This document shows positions 18,770 through 28,833 of a stretch of 64,000 nt of DNA, one piece after another. The first letter of the stretch is position 1, and every line of letters begins with the position of its first letter. The position numbers and the translations under genes are program-made. The notes below the pieces were generated by a model. It searched no databases and was not told where the DNA came from. It worked only from the letters and a program-made list of their open reading frames with translations. This DNA is from a virus: IMG/VR virus record IMGVR_UViG_3300009169_000020, positions 7,017 to 71,016 of that record; one strand, written 5' to 3'.

Positions 18770-19264
18770 ATGAATATTTTTGTATTAAATGAAAATCCAA
18801 TAGATAACTCTGTTATGCTCTGTAATAAACATACTCTAAAAATGCTATTGGAAGGCGTCCAAATTTTATGTAATTGTTTTGATCAATCAGAAGTACCCTA
18901 TAGAAGGACACATTATAATCATCCTTGTTGTGTATGGACAAGGGAAAGCTTGGATAATTTTGAATGGCTTAAAACATATACATTAGGACTTTGTAAAGAA
19001 TATACTCATAGATATGGTAGGATTCATAAAAGTGAACAAGTAATTCATAATCTTAATCAACCAAAATTAAAATCAATTGGTATAACTAAATTTAAATTAG
19101 CTATGCCGGAACAATACAAATGTATAGATGCTGTAAAATCTTATAGACAGTATTATTTAGGAGAAAAACTAGGTTTTTGTAAATGGCCAGCTCATAGAGT
19201 ACCCGAATTTATCGTGAATTACTGTAATGAAAATGGAATAGATATAAAAATATTTTATAGCTAA
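18770..19264 (+). CDS. Pyrimidine-dimer DNA glycosylase / endonuclease V-like
   Basis: MNIFVL...KHTLKMLLE...THYNHPC..W...EYTHRYGRIH...AMP...YRQYY. Confidence 0.8.
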   Translation: MNIFVLNENPIDNSVMLCNKHTLKMLLEGVQILCNCFDQSEVPYRRTHYNHPCCVWTRESLDNFEWLKTYTLGLCKEYTHRYGRIHKSEQVIHNLNQPKLKSIGITKFKLAMPEQYKCIDAVKSYRQYYLGEKLGFCKWPAHRVPEFIVNYCNENGIDIKIFYS

Positions 19265-19270
19265 TTTTTA

Positions 19271-19278
19271 TACTAATA
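19271..19278 (+). promoter_or_regulatory. Putative late promoter TACTAATA (representative copy)
   Basis: Same octamer at 15280, 15394, 27918, 29602, 30288, 32533, 34042, 47846, 50014, 53276, 53971, 55353, 55496, mostly shortly before virion or leader-bearing genes. Confidence 0.75.
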
Positions 19279-19305
19279 ATTAAAAATAAAAAAACAGGTA
19301 AAAAA

Positions 19306-19689
19306 ATGAAAAGATATAAACCATACAAATTTGAAGAAAAAAATAAAAAAGATTTAAATGAACTTATAGGTGAATTTAAAGCTAAATATGGATCATTTAA
19401 ACTTCTAAAAAAGGATTCAGATTTTAAAAAACTTTCTGATGGAGATCAGGAATATGTTCTTGATGAATTGAAAGCTAATGGTGGATTTAAAGAGGGTAGA
19501 ATTAGTATTGGACCTAATCAACAAGCTAAATTAAAACAATTAGTTTTAAAAGCTATGAAAAAATTGAATAGTAAAATACCTTCAGGAGAAGTATTCGCTG
19601 AAGTTTTAGATGCTATAAATTCTGGGGAACTTCAGTGGAATGAAGACTCAGATATTTTGTGGTACATAGAATATTCTATAGATGATTAA
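19306..19689 (+). CDS. Putative internal head protein (leader MKRYKPYKFEE)
   Basis: Shared leader; TACTAATA upstream. Confidence 0.6.
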   Translation: MKRYKPYKFEEKNKKDLNELIGEFKAKYGSFKLLKKDSDFKKLSDGDQEYVLDELKANGGFKEGRISIGPNQQAKLKQLVLKAMKKLNSKIPSGEVFAEVLDAINSGELQWNEDSDILWYIEYSIDD

Positions 19690-19863
19690 AAATATTTTAA
19701 ATCAGGGCTTAAAAATTTCTAAAGAACTTAGAAATTCAATGCTTGTGGAGAAGATGTCAGACTTAGAAAAAACCTTTGTTTTTGATAAGCAATTTTCAAT
19801 GAAACAAGAATCTACAAGTCTAAAGACTTGTAGTAGTTCACAAGCTAAGGATGGATTTAAAGA

Positions 19864-20061
19864 TTGAAAGCAATTAAGAGTGAAAAAAGTCTTTCTATAA
19901 ATACTGAAGAGAAAGAAATAGTTCAAGAAAATAGATTATCAAGAATATTTATTTGTAAATGTGGTTGTGAGGTAAAATTACAGGGTAATATAGATATAAC
20001 ACTTACAAAATGTAGTGTATGTCAGAAAGGAAAAGATTACGAAAAAATGACTCTTTTCTAA
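19864..20061 (+). CDS. Small Zn-ribbon protein
   Basis: CKC...CSVC. Confidence 0.4.
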   Translation: MKAIKSEKSLSINTEEKEIVQENRLSRIFICKCGCEVKLQGNIDITLTKCSVCQKGKDYEKMTLF

Positions 20062-20089
20062 AAAAATTTTTAATATAAAAAGGTATAGA

Positions 20090-20311
20090 ATGAAAACTTA
20101 CAAAAAAAAATTAGAAGAATTAGAAAATTTATTTATTAAGTATGAGGATACTGATTTAAATGGACCTTCTTGTGAAGATGCTATAAATAATTTAATTGAT
20201 GAATTTTCAGGGTTAATAAAAAAATATATTCCAAAACAAGATGAAAATCTTATGAGACAAACTATAAAAAAATTATGGCTTGAAAAGTTAAAAAATTGGA
20301 ATAAATTATAA
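20090..20311 (+). CDS. Putative internal head protein (leader MKTYKKKLEE)
   Basis: Leader variant; AAGGT RBS. Confidence 0.5.
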   Translation: MKTYKKKLEELENLFIKYEDTDLNGPSCEDAINNLIDEFSGLIKKYIPKQDENLMRQTIKKLWLEKLKNWNKL

Positions 20312-20389
20312 TTAGTTACACTTTTATATCTATTTTAATTATATTATAGATATAAAAGTATTTTTATAAATTAAATAAGGAGTTCTAAA

Positions 20390-20671
20390 ATGAACAATCA
20401 AATTCAAACATTAACAAAAGAAGAAATAAAAAAATCAGCACCAGCAGTATATGCAACTACACCTAAAGCTACAATGACAGATAGATATTCATTTGTAGCA
20501 ACGGATAAAATAATTACAGGATTTAATCAAGCTGGCTGGGAAGTTACAAAAGCATTTCAAAGTAAAACTAAAAAAGACGATGTTTCAGAAAGAAAACATA
20601 TTGTAAGATTATCTAATCCAGAATTTCAACCAATGATGAAAGAAGTTGGATCACTTACACCAGAAAGGTGA
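20390..20671 (+). pseudogene. DUF932 (DUF945)-family gene, 5' fragment
   Basis: APAVYA...TDRYSFVAT..II...GW...KHIVRL; cut at the IS left end. Confidence 0.75.
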
Positions 20672-21993
20672 ACAGTTTACTTTTATATATCAAAAAGATG
20701 GAAATTATGGAAATTATGGAATATATAAAATCACAAGAAAATTATGATAACTAAAAACCAACAAATAAAGGATTCTCTTTCAATTACAAGGGAAAAACGT
20801 AAAACACAAACCTGTAAAGTTTATGAGTTGAAGTTGTCTGAAAATAAGTTCAATTTAAAACAAATTGATTTTTTGCATAGAATTTTCCTTGAAGCAAAAT
20901 GGGTATATAATGATATTTTAAATTTTAATGATTTAAAAAACTATGATTGCAAAAAGAAAGAAGTAGAAATTCTAAATAAAGAGAAAGAAAAGGAAATAAG
21001 AGAATTAAAAGTTTTAGGTAGTCAGATTAAACAAGAAATATTACAAAGAACATGGGGTTCTATTAAGTCGTTATCTACTAAAAAGAAAAAAGGTAAAACA
21101 AAACAAGTGGGTAGACTTAAATTTAAAAGTCAAATAAACTCTATCCCATTAAAACAATATGGAATAACTTATAAGTTTCAAGATGGTGGTTTAAAAATAC
21201 AAAATTGTAAATTCTTATTTCAAATTAAAGGATTAAAACAAATTCCAAAAGAAGCTGAATTTGCAAATGCTAATTTGATTAGAAAATCTTCTGGATATTA
21301 TCTCAAGGTTACCTGTTTTCTTCCTAAAGAAAATAAAAACATAAGTAAAGAAATATTAGGTATTGATTTTGGAATTAAAGATGATTTAGTTTTGAGCAAT
21401 GGAATTAAATTTCAAACTAAATTTCCAACATCTTTTAAAATTAAAAGAGAGCAGAGAAAATTAGCTAAAAAGAAAAAAGGCAGTCATAATTATTGGAAAC
21501 AAAAAAATAAAGTTGCCTTAGTTTACGAGAAACAAAATAATAAAAAACAAGATTGCAAAAATAAAATTGTAAGTTATTTAAAAAATAATTATTCTCATAT
21601 AGCAATTCAAAATGAAAATATAAAAGGATGGCATGCAGGATTATTTGGAAAACAAGTACAGCAATCAATTTTAGGTGGAATAATTTCGGAATTAAAACAA
21701 CTTCCGCAGACACATATTGTTGATAGATTTTTTCCAAGTACAAAACTTTGTCCTGAATGTGGCTGTCTTAATAAAATTGGTTTAGACGAAAGAATATACT
21801 TTTGTGACTGTGGGTATTCTCAGGACAGAGATATTCATTCTGCAAAAAATATTCTTTTAGAAACAATACCTATGGAATGTAGGAAATTTAAGCCTGTGGA
21901 GTTTAATACCTCTGCAATAGATTATTTAAAATCTTTTGTAAGTGTGAACTATGAAGCAGGAAGATACAACTCTTTAGAGTTGTGTTAGTTCAC
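20668..21993 (+). mobile_element. Non-autonomous tnpB-only IS200/IS605/IS607-type element
   Basis: Bounded by GTGAAC...GTTCAC; left-end GGAAATTAT direct repeats; right-end GCCTGTGGAG, hairpin ACAACTC-TTTA-GAGTTGT and TAGTTCAC; no tnpA. Confidence 0.75.
20744..21988 (+). CDS. tnpB: RNA-guided endonuclease TnpB
   Basis: RuvC-I GIDFGIK, RuvC-II IAIQNE, Zn finger CPEC...CDC, RuvC-III DRDIHSAKNI. Confidence 0.9.
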   Translation: MITKNQQIKDSLSITREKRKTQTCKVYELKLSENKFNLKQIDFLHRIFLEAKWVYNDILNFNDLKNYDCKKKEVEILNKEKEKEIRELKVLGSQIKQEILQRTWGSIKSLSTKKKKGKTKQVGRLKFKSQINSIPLKQYGITYKFQDGGLKIQNCKFLFQIKGLKQIPKEAEFANANLIRKSSGYYLKVTCFLPKENKNISKEILGIDFGIKDDLVLSNGIKFQTKFPTSFKIKREQRKLAKKKKGSHNYWKQKNKVALVYEKQNNKKQDCKNKIVSYLKNNYSHIAIQNENIKGWHAGLFGKQVQQSILGGIISELKQLPQTHIVDRFFPSTKLCPECGCLNKIGLDERIYFCDCGYSQDRDIHSAKNILLETIPMECRKFKPVEFNTSAIDYLKSFVSVNYEAGRYNSLELC

Positions 21994-22168
21994 AACAATG
22001 AATGTTGTTCAGGAATATATAATTAAGGGTGGTGTTGAATATTTGCATCCACATAGACAAACTATAAGAAGAACAAAAGCAATTAAAAATGCTGATAGAG
22101 ATATTAAACTTAATATGTTTCTATGGCAGATGATGGAGACCTTCAGATCAACTAAAAGATTTATATAA
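21994..22168 (+). pseudogene. DUF932-family gene, 3' fragment
   Basis: TMNVVQEYIIKGG...RRTKAIKNADRDIKLNMFLW matches the DUF932 C-terminus. Confidence 0.7.
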
Positions 22169-22233
22169 TCAATGGTCAATATTAGGTATCTTTAGTTAGA
22201 TATCTTCTATTATAAAATAATAAGGAGCTTCAA

Positions 22234-22413
22234 ATGGCAAAACTAACATCAGTAAATCTTTCAAAAAAAGAACAAGCATCTATTCTAAAATCTTGGAAGA
22301 CTTGTAAAAATGCAAGAACAATTTCAGAGCATCTAAGTCTTCCTAATAGACAAGTAATGTTTTTTATTGAATCACAAGGACTCTCAAGATATTCTGAAGG
22401 ATCTTACAGATAG
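22234..22413 (+). CDS. Small putative HTH protein (59 aa, not in the ORF track)
   Basis: AAGGAG RBS; MAKLTSVNLSKKEQASILKSWKTCKNARTISEHLSLPNRQV. Confidence 0.55.
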   Translation: MAKLTSVNLSKKEQASILKSWKTCKNARTISEHLSLPNRQVMFFIESQGLSRYSEGSYR

Positions 22414-22431
22414 TTTAATTTTTTAAAGATA

Positions 22432-22466
22432 TGGATCATTCTTGAAATATAGAATGATCTTTTTTT
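22432..22466 (+). terminator. Rho-independent terminator
   Basis: GATCATTCT...AGAATGATC stem plus T-run. Confidence 0.6.
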
Positions 22467-22489
22467 ATTTTTTTCAAAAAGAGGTTGTA

Positions 22490-23410
22490 ATGCAAGTAGA
22501 AGAAGTTGTTATATTAGAAGACGATATTTTATTAGAGGAGGAGTTTGATAAAATTGAAACTAGGGGCAAGCCTATTACTTGTAAGTATTGTCATGTAAAT
22601 TTTAAAATTGCAAATAAAAAAGAAAAAGAAGAATGGAAAATAGATAATTATATTTGTCCTATATGTTTAGAACATTTTTGTATTCTACCCCCTACAGAAA
22701 GAGAATTAAGATATTTACAAGATAAATATTTATTAACAAGAACAGAAGAAGATTTTATTCCATTACTTAGATTGATGTATAAATATACACAATCATTGAT
22801 AAAGAAAAATTATAGTAAAGCTTTAAAATTTTATGGATCACTAGATTATTATAGTAATGAAACAATTACAATTATGGTTGAAGAATATTTAAGTAAACCT
22901 GGATTTGCAATTGGTCTATCATTTGGTGGATTTTTAATACATAAAATAAGACAAGCAATTTATAATCCAAAACAATTTGTTGGACAACATACATCATTTG
23001 ATTTTCAATTTGAAGATGGTAATAATCTTCATGAACTAATAGCCGATAGAAGAAAAGATGTCATACAAAAAATAGAAGAAAGTGAAGATGAAATATTTTT
23101 ACATAAAAAAATAATAGAACTAATAGAAGGTGTTGAAGAATATTGTGAAGATCCTTATGAGGATTATATAAGAACAATAAGTTTATATGCTTATTTTAAT
23201 AAAGGAGAAATTGCTTTCGATAAAATCTTTCAAGCCTTTGGTAGAAAAGGAAAAGAAATTTCTATGAAAACTTTAGAAATACTAAGAAAAGAATTATGTA
23301 AAGAAATGATTATATATTCATCTGAAAATAAAAAAGAAGAAATAAAAGTAGATACTAAAAATAATATGATTTTAAATATAAATAACTTACAAGGAATAAA
23401 TTGGGAATAA
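22490..23410 (+). CDS. Zn-ribbon plus divergent sigma-factor-like protein
   Basis: CKYC/CPIC; region-2-like helices ending SFGGFLIHKIRQAIY, then SFD...LHELIAD. GAGG RBS before ATG 22490. Confidence 0.45.
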   Translation: MQVEEVVILEDDILLEEEFDKIETRGKPITCKYCHVNFKIANKKEKEEWKIDNYICPICLEHFCILPPTERELRYLQDKYLLTRTEEDFIPLLRLMYKYTQSLIKKNYSKALKFYGSLDYYSNETITIMVEEYLSKPGFAIGLSFGGFLIHKIRQAIYNPKQFVGQHTSFDFQFEDGNNLHELIADRRKDVIQKIEESEDEIFLHKKIIELIEGVEEYCEDPYEDYIRTISLYAYFNKGEIAFDKIFQAFGRKGKEISMKTLEILRKELCKEMIIYSSENKKEEIKVDTKNNMILNINNLQGINWE

Positions 23411-23421
23411 GGAGAGTATTA

Positions 23422-23637
23422 ATGTTCTTCAAAAGAAAAGCAAAGAAAAATATTGATGAGTATACTAAGGAAATATCATTAGAATATCTAGCAGAGATAT
23501 TCTATAAATATAGAAAAGATTACATAGGTTATAATAATAAAAATATCTATGATAAACATCTGCTACTGATTTTTTCAACAGATACTTTTAATGATTTTGT
23601 ATTGAAGTTTAAATCTAAAAATTATAGGATAATATAA
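23422..23637 (+). CDS. Hypothetical protein
   Basis: AAGGAG RBS before MFFKRK. Confidence 0.5.
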   Translation: MFFKRKAKKNIDEYTKEISLEYLAEIFYKYRKDYIGYNNKNIYDKHLLLIFSTDTFNDFVLKFKSKNYRII

Positions 23638-24768
23638 ATGGCTAGAGTATTATACATTTCACCCTATGCAGAAAATACAGCAGCAACTAATGGTGGTTAT
23701 GGAGTTATAGCAGAATCATTTAAAAGAATGTTTGATATAATAGATGATGTTCAAGTAGACTATGTAAATATAAATGTATTAGGTACTAATCCAGTTACTG
23801 AAAAACTAAATCGTTATGATATATGTATATTACTTACTCATCCAATAAGTTTTGAAACTCCTATGTTTAAAAGAAATATTGAATATTTATTTTCTTTTTG
23901 TAATAAAAGATATTTAGAAATATTTTGGGAAACATCAATATTCCCTATTACATGGAAATGGTTATGGAAATCTGATCTATTTACTGGATTTATTTCTCCA
24001 TCTAAATTTATACAAGATATAATCAATTCAGAAATTAAAAATTCTAATAAAGAAAATCATTTAGTATATTCTCCAACATTTAAAAATGATTTTACAGACT
24101 ATAAAATAATAACTGAAAATAAAATAGATGAATCTTTTTTTACTGTTCTATATATGGGACAATATACTAAACGTAAAGGTATGGAAGATGCTATAATTGC
24201 ATTTACTCATGCATTATCACAATATGATGATTGTAGACTTATATTAAAATATCATAAATTATCAGAAGTTGAAATAGATGTTTCAAAACTTATAGAAACA
24301 ATAGTTAAAACAAATACAAAAGAAATGAAAAGTCAAATATTTGAAGTGGTAAATGATCTTACAAAAGATGATATATATTCTCTGTATAAAGAATCTTCTG
24401 TATTACTTTTTCCTTCAAGAGGAGAAGGCTATGGATTACCTTGTATAGAAGCTGGAATGATTGGATTACCTATTATATATACAGATTGGTCTGCTACTAC
24501 TGAAACAGCAAAATTTAAAGGTAATAAAGCCATAGGATGTGTACTTGATACTGCACAAGGTATGGCTCATTATGCATATGAATCAAACTCTCTATACGCT
24601 GTTCCATATATTAAAGAAATGATTAAAGCTCTTAAAGATAATTATGAACTATGGAAAAAAGATAAACAAGAATATTATAGTATTGTAGCAAAAAATAATA
24701 ATGAAATAATTAGAAAATTTGGACAAGAAGTTTTTATAGAACAAATAAAAAAATTATACAATTCTTGA
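23638..24768 (+). CDS. GT-B glycosyltransferase (family 4)
   Basis: RKG and FPSRGEGYGLPCIEA...LPII.T. Confidence 0.85.
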   Translation: MARVLYISPYAENTAATNGGYGVIAESFKRMFDIIDDVQVDYVNINVLGTNPVTEKLNRYDICILLTHPISFETPMFKRNIEYLFSFCNKRYLEIFWETSIFPITWKWLWKSDLFTGFISPSKFIQDIINSEIKNSNKENHLVYSPTFKNDFTDYKIITENKIDESFFTVLYMGQYTKRKGMEDAIIAFTHALSQYDDCRLILKYHKLSEVEIDVSKLIETIVKTNTKEMKSQIFEVVNDLTKDDIYSLYKESSVLLFPSRGEGYGLPCIEAGMIGLPIIYTDWSATTETAKFKGNKAIGCVLDTAQGMAHYAYESNSLYAVPYIKEMIKALKDNYELWKKDKQEYYSIVAKNNNEIIRKFGQEVFIEQIKKLYNS

Positions 24769-24984
24769 GATTTTTTAATTATATTATAAATAAGAAATTA
24801 AAGGAGAAATTAAAAATGAAATATAAGATTATTATTAAAATAGAAAAGATATCTGTATGTACAAAGTGTAAAAAAAAGATTATTGGTGATAGATATACTA
24901 TATTTAATAAAGATGAAATTTATCATAATAATTGTTGTTAGACTATATGTATATAAAATTTTTGGGATATAAAGGAGAATAGTA

Positions 24985-26316
24985 ATGTCTATTAAACTAT
25001 CTGTTGAAGGTAATAAAAATTATTGTGCATCTATAGTAGAAATTCAAAATATAATTGAATTAGAAAGTTGTCAAAATATACAAGGAACTACTATACAAGG
25101 TAATCATGTAATTATATCTAAAGATATTAAAGTTGGGGATACGGGTGTATTTTTTCCTGTTGAATGCTCAATAAAAGATAATTTTTTAAAAGTTAATAAT
25201 CTTTATAGAGAAAAAACTCTAAATGTAGATCAAACTAAAGCGGGGTTTTTTGAGATAAATGGTCGAGTTCGCTGCATGAAATTAAGAGGATTTAAATCTG
25301 AGGGATTATTTTTACCTTTACAATGTTTAATTTCTTTTTGTAATAAAATTGGGGATATACATACAATACAAGTTGGTACAGACTTTGATCATATAGATGG
25401 ACAAATGATATGTGAAAAATATATTGTTAAATCTAAACAAGTTCAAAATGTATCTAAAAAAGATAAAAAAAGTAATATTAAAAAAATATCAAAACTACTT
25501 GACGGTTATTTCAGACTACATATTGATACTGAGCAATTTGGCAAGAATCTTAATAAGTTTAAACTTGGTGATTTAATCTCCATAACTACAAAGATACACG
25601 GTTGTAGTTTTATTTCATCTAATATTTTATGTAAAAGAAAATTGACTATAAAGGATAAGATTGCAAAATTTCTTGGTGTCAATGTTATTGAAACTGAATA
25701 TGATAATATATATTCCTCAAGACGAGTCATTAAAAATGAATTTGAAGACAATAAACCTACTCATTATTATAATGAAGATATTTGGGGAGTAGTTAATTCA
25801 GAACTTAAAGATTTATTAAATAATGGTATGACTATTTATGGAGAAGTCTGCGGATATCTTAAAGATGGTAGATTTATTCAAAAACCATATGATTATGGAT
25901 GCAATATTGGACAGCATGATATATATGTATACAGAATAACTTATACTGATTTTTCGGGGAAAGTGTTTGAGTGGTCTATGAAACAAGTTCAAGATTGGTG
26001 CTTAGAAAAAGGGATAAAAGCAGTACCTCTTCTATATTATGGAACAGTTAAAAATTTTATTCTATCTTCAGGAGATAATGGTAGTTTTATAGATAATGAA
26101 AATTATCAAAATCAATTTTTAGATATTATAAAAAATAATTATTTAGAAAAAGAATGTAATATTTGTAAATCAAAAGTACCTTCTGAAGGAGTATGTATTA
26201 GAAGAGAAGTAAATGATATTGATGTATATAAAGCAAAATCATTTGCTTTTAGAAATTTTGAAAGTTTACAAATGGACAAAGGAGAAGTTGATATAGAAGA
26301 ACAAACTATTGGATAA
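24985..26316 (+). CDS. RNA ligase (Rnl2/DRB0094-like) with N-terminal OB fold
   Basis: KLRGFKSEGL; motif I TKIHG; YGEV; VPLL; EGVCIR; K.KS..F. Confidence 0.8.
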   Translation: MSIKLSVEGNKNYCASIVEIQNIIELESCQNIQGTTIQGNHVIISKDIKVGDTGVFFPVECSIKDNFLKVNNLYREKTLNVDQTKAGFFEINGRVRCMKLRGFKSEGLFLPLQCLISFCNKIGDIHTIQVGTDFDHIDGQMICEKYIVKSKQVQNVSKKDKKSNIKKISKLLDGYFRLHIDTEQFGKNLNKFKLGDLISITTKIHGCSFISSNILCKRKLTIKDKIAKFLGVNVIETEYDNIYSSRRVIKNEFEDNKPTHYYNEDIWGVVNSELKDLLNNGMTIYGEVCGYLKDGRFIQKPYDYGCNIGQHDIYVYRITYTDFSGKVFEWSMKQVQDWCLEKGIKAVPLLYYGTVKNFILSSGDNGSFIDNENYQNQFLDIIKNNYLEKECNICKSKVPSEGVCIRREVNDIDVYKAKSFAFRNFESLQMDKGEVDIEEQTIG

Positions 26317-26396
26317 ATTAAAAAAAGATTGCACTTTCTAAGATTTTTTAATTATATTATAAATAAGAAAACAAACTTCATAGGAGAATAATAAAT

Positions 26397-26633
26397 ATGT
26401 TATTGAATTTAATTATTGCAAATGTAGCTGTAGAAGAAGTTAATAATAATCTTGAAAAAATAAAATCAGAATATGAAGTTAAATTTGTTTCAACAGGTAA
26501 AAAACAATATATAACATATGGAGATTCCTGTCTATGGGATTCTGATAGTGATTTAGAGTTTCGTAATGAATGGAAATTAGCAGAATACATTATGAATGAA
26601 TTGTTCATTAGAATGCAGATTACTTTCTATTAG
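26397..26633 (+). CDS. Hypothetical protein
   Basis: Promoter and AGGAG RBS. Confidence 0.55.
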   Translation: MLLNLIIANVAVEEVNNNLEKIKSEYEVKFVSTGKKQYITYGDSCLWDSDSDLEFRNEWKLAEYIMNELFIRMQITFY

Positions 26634-26642
26634 GAGAAAGCT

Positions 26643-27038
26643 ATGATAACGGAAAAAGAATTAAAAGAAAGATGTACTCCAGAGTTTATAAAATGGATGT
26701 GTAATCTTGCAGAAGGGTTTGAATTTATAGATAATGGGATTAGCTCTAATAATTGGTTTACAGTAAAATTTAATAGTATTACAATAGGACATTGTATCTC
26801 AAATATTTATGAAAATACTCTTGCGTTTTCAACCTTCATTCATCGGGCCATTGAAGAATTGAATAAAAAGACATGTTCATTTTTGAGACTCATTATGCCT
26901 TATGAGGACGGTATAGCAGCAGGAAATGGTAAAACATTTTATGAATTTAAAAATTATCAATTACATTTATTAACATCTACTGAATGCTGTTATTTAAATT
27001 GTTTGCTAGATATTTATACGGGAGAAATAGATGTTTGA
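26643..27038 (+). CDS. Hypothetical protein
   Basis: AGGAG RBS. Confidence 0.55.
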   Translation: MITEKELKERCTPEFIKWMCNLAEGFEFIDNGISSNNWFTVKFNSITIGHCISNIYENTLAFSTFIHRAIEELNKKTCSFLRLIMPYEDGIAAGNGKTFYEFKNYQLHLLTSTECCYLNCLLDIYTGEIDV

Positions 27039-27990
27039 TAATATTCAAACAGAATTTAATATCTACGATGCTCTTAATAGATTAAATATAAAATATAAAG
27101 GTAAACCAAATCATAAAAGTTGGTTAAGTATTTTATGTCCTACACATAATGATAAACATTATGGTTCATGCTCTATAAATATAAATACAGGAATAATAAA
27201 TTGTTGGGTATGTGGATCAAATCATATAAATAATCTATTAGACAGTAAAACCAATCTTAACTTTACTTATACGGAAGAACGAAAATCTGAAGAAGTTAAA
27301 AAAGTAAATCCAAAACTTTCAGAACAAATGAAATACAATTTTGTTAATATGAAAATAAATCCTGATGATTATTATTATACAAGAACAAGGGGGTTTACAC
27401 AAGAATTTATAGATTACTTTAATATAGTTAGGTGCTTTAGTTTTCCATATAAAGATTATATGGCAATTTCTATAATAGATACTTCAAAAGATATTAGAGA
27501 ATGTGAATTTAGAAAACTTATGGTACATGAATACAAACAATTATTACCTACTTATGAAACAGAAATATATCTCAATGATAAAAAAGTTAAATACGAAATA
27601 AATTCAAGATTAAAACAAACTATTTTTAATATAGATAATCTTAATAGAAATGATATATTATATCTATGCGAAGGAGTAGGATCTATACCTAAAATATGGC
27701 ATAATATATCTAAGAATGTATCTTGTACATTTGGTTCTCAAATAATAGATCCACAACTTATATATTTAAAACAATTTAAACAAATTATAATAATACCTGA
27801 TCCAGATGAAGCTGGATTTAATTGTGTAAATAAACTAAGAGAATCTATTCCTAATTTACAAGTTATTGATATAGAATCAGAAGATACAGATGAACAATAT
27901 ATTTTTGATATTCAAAATACTAATATATTAACAGCTTCCGAATATATAGGGAAGAACTTAATAAAATATAATATCAAAAGTTTGTTTTAG
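27031..27990 (+). CDS. DNA primase (CHC2 Zn finger + TOPRIM)
   Basis: CPTHND...CWVCG, RG, LCEG, IPDPDEAG. Confidence 0.8.
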   Translation: MFDNIQTEFNIYDALNRLNIKYKGKPNHKSWLSILCPTHNDKHYGSCSININTGIINCWVCGSNHINNLLDSKTNLNFTYTEERKSEEVKKVNPKLSEQMKYNFVNMKINPDDYYYTRTRGFTQEFIDYFNIVRCFSFPYKDYMAISIIDTSKDIRECEFRKLMVHEYKQLLPTYETEIYLNDKKVKYEINSRLKQTIFNIDNLNRNDILYLCEGVGSIPKIWHNISKNVSCTFGSQIIDPQLIYLKQFKQIIIIPDPDEAGFNCVNKLRESIPNLQVIDIESEDTDEQYIFDIQNTNILTASEYIGKNLIKYNIKSLF

Positions 27991-27999
27991 AGAGGTAGT

Positions 28000-28833
28000 T
28001 TGAAAAGGTATAAATCTTATTTTTTAGAAAGAACTTTTGATATAGATGATGATGTTAATTATATATATTCTTTTATTTTTAAGTCTTATATGGAGCAATT
28101 AAAAGATAAAACTTTCAATGAAGATTTAAATAAAAGATGGCCAGTGATAAATGAAAGAGGTTGTGTTTTTGAATATTTAGATTCTAATAAATTAAAGTGT
28201 ATGGAATCTAAATTAGCAAATGAATTAAAACCTATTTATATCTTTGGAGGAGTATTTACTACTGAATCTAAAATAATTTTTGATAAAAAAATAAAAGATA
28301 GAAACTATATTATTATATCTTTAAATAAAGAACTAATTGAAATATATATTAAAAGTGATTTTGATTTTAGAAAAATGAAAAATTTTATATCTGAAAAAGA
28401 AATTCAGATAGCTAAGAATATGTTAAAAGAAAGTTATGTAAAATCAATGATTTATCATGAATTATCTCATTGGTTAAATAATACATTACATAATGATCAT
28501 ATTGAAAAAGTTGTTTACCTTGCTAAAAAATATGATAACCCGGAACTTTTGAAATTAAAAACAAAAGATATAAATTTAACTCATTTTGAAATAGATGCTC
28601 AGATTCATGGATTAAAACAAGTATACAAAGATAATAAATTAAAATGGGATAAAATAAATATACCACAACTATTTACTATTTATCCTTCACTATATTCTGT
28701 ATATACAGATGTTAAAGATTATGGAAAAGCTATTGTAGACATATGGTTACAAACACTAATTAAAAGAATGAACAGAGAAAATTTATTAGGTAAAAGTATG
28801 AAAATACCTTTTAAAGATTCTTACGAGGTATAA
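28000..28833 (+). CDS. Putative head-packaged zincin-like protein (leader MKRYKSYFLE)
   Basis: HELSH...EIDAQ metallopeptidase-type motif; TTG start with GAGG; TACTAATA at 27918. Confidence 0.6.
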   Translation: MKRYKSYFLERTFDIDDDVNYIYSFIFKSYMEQLKDKTFNEDLNKRWPVINERGCVFEYLDSNKLKCMESKLANELKPIYIFGGVFTTESKIIFDKKIKDRNYIIISLNKELIEIYIKSDFDFRKMKNFISEKEIQIAKNMLKESYVKSMIYHELSHWLNNTLHNDHIEKVVYLAKKYDNPELLKLKTKDINLTHFEIDAQIHGLKQVYKDNKLKWDKINIPQLFTIYPSLYSVYTDVKDYGKAIVDIWLQTLIKRMNRENLLGKSMKIPFKDSYEV

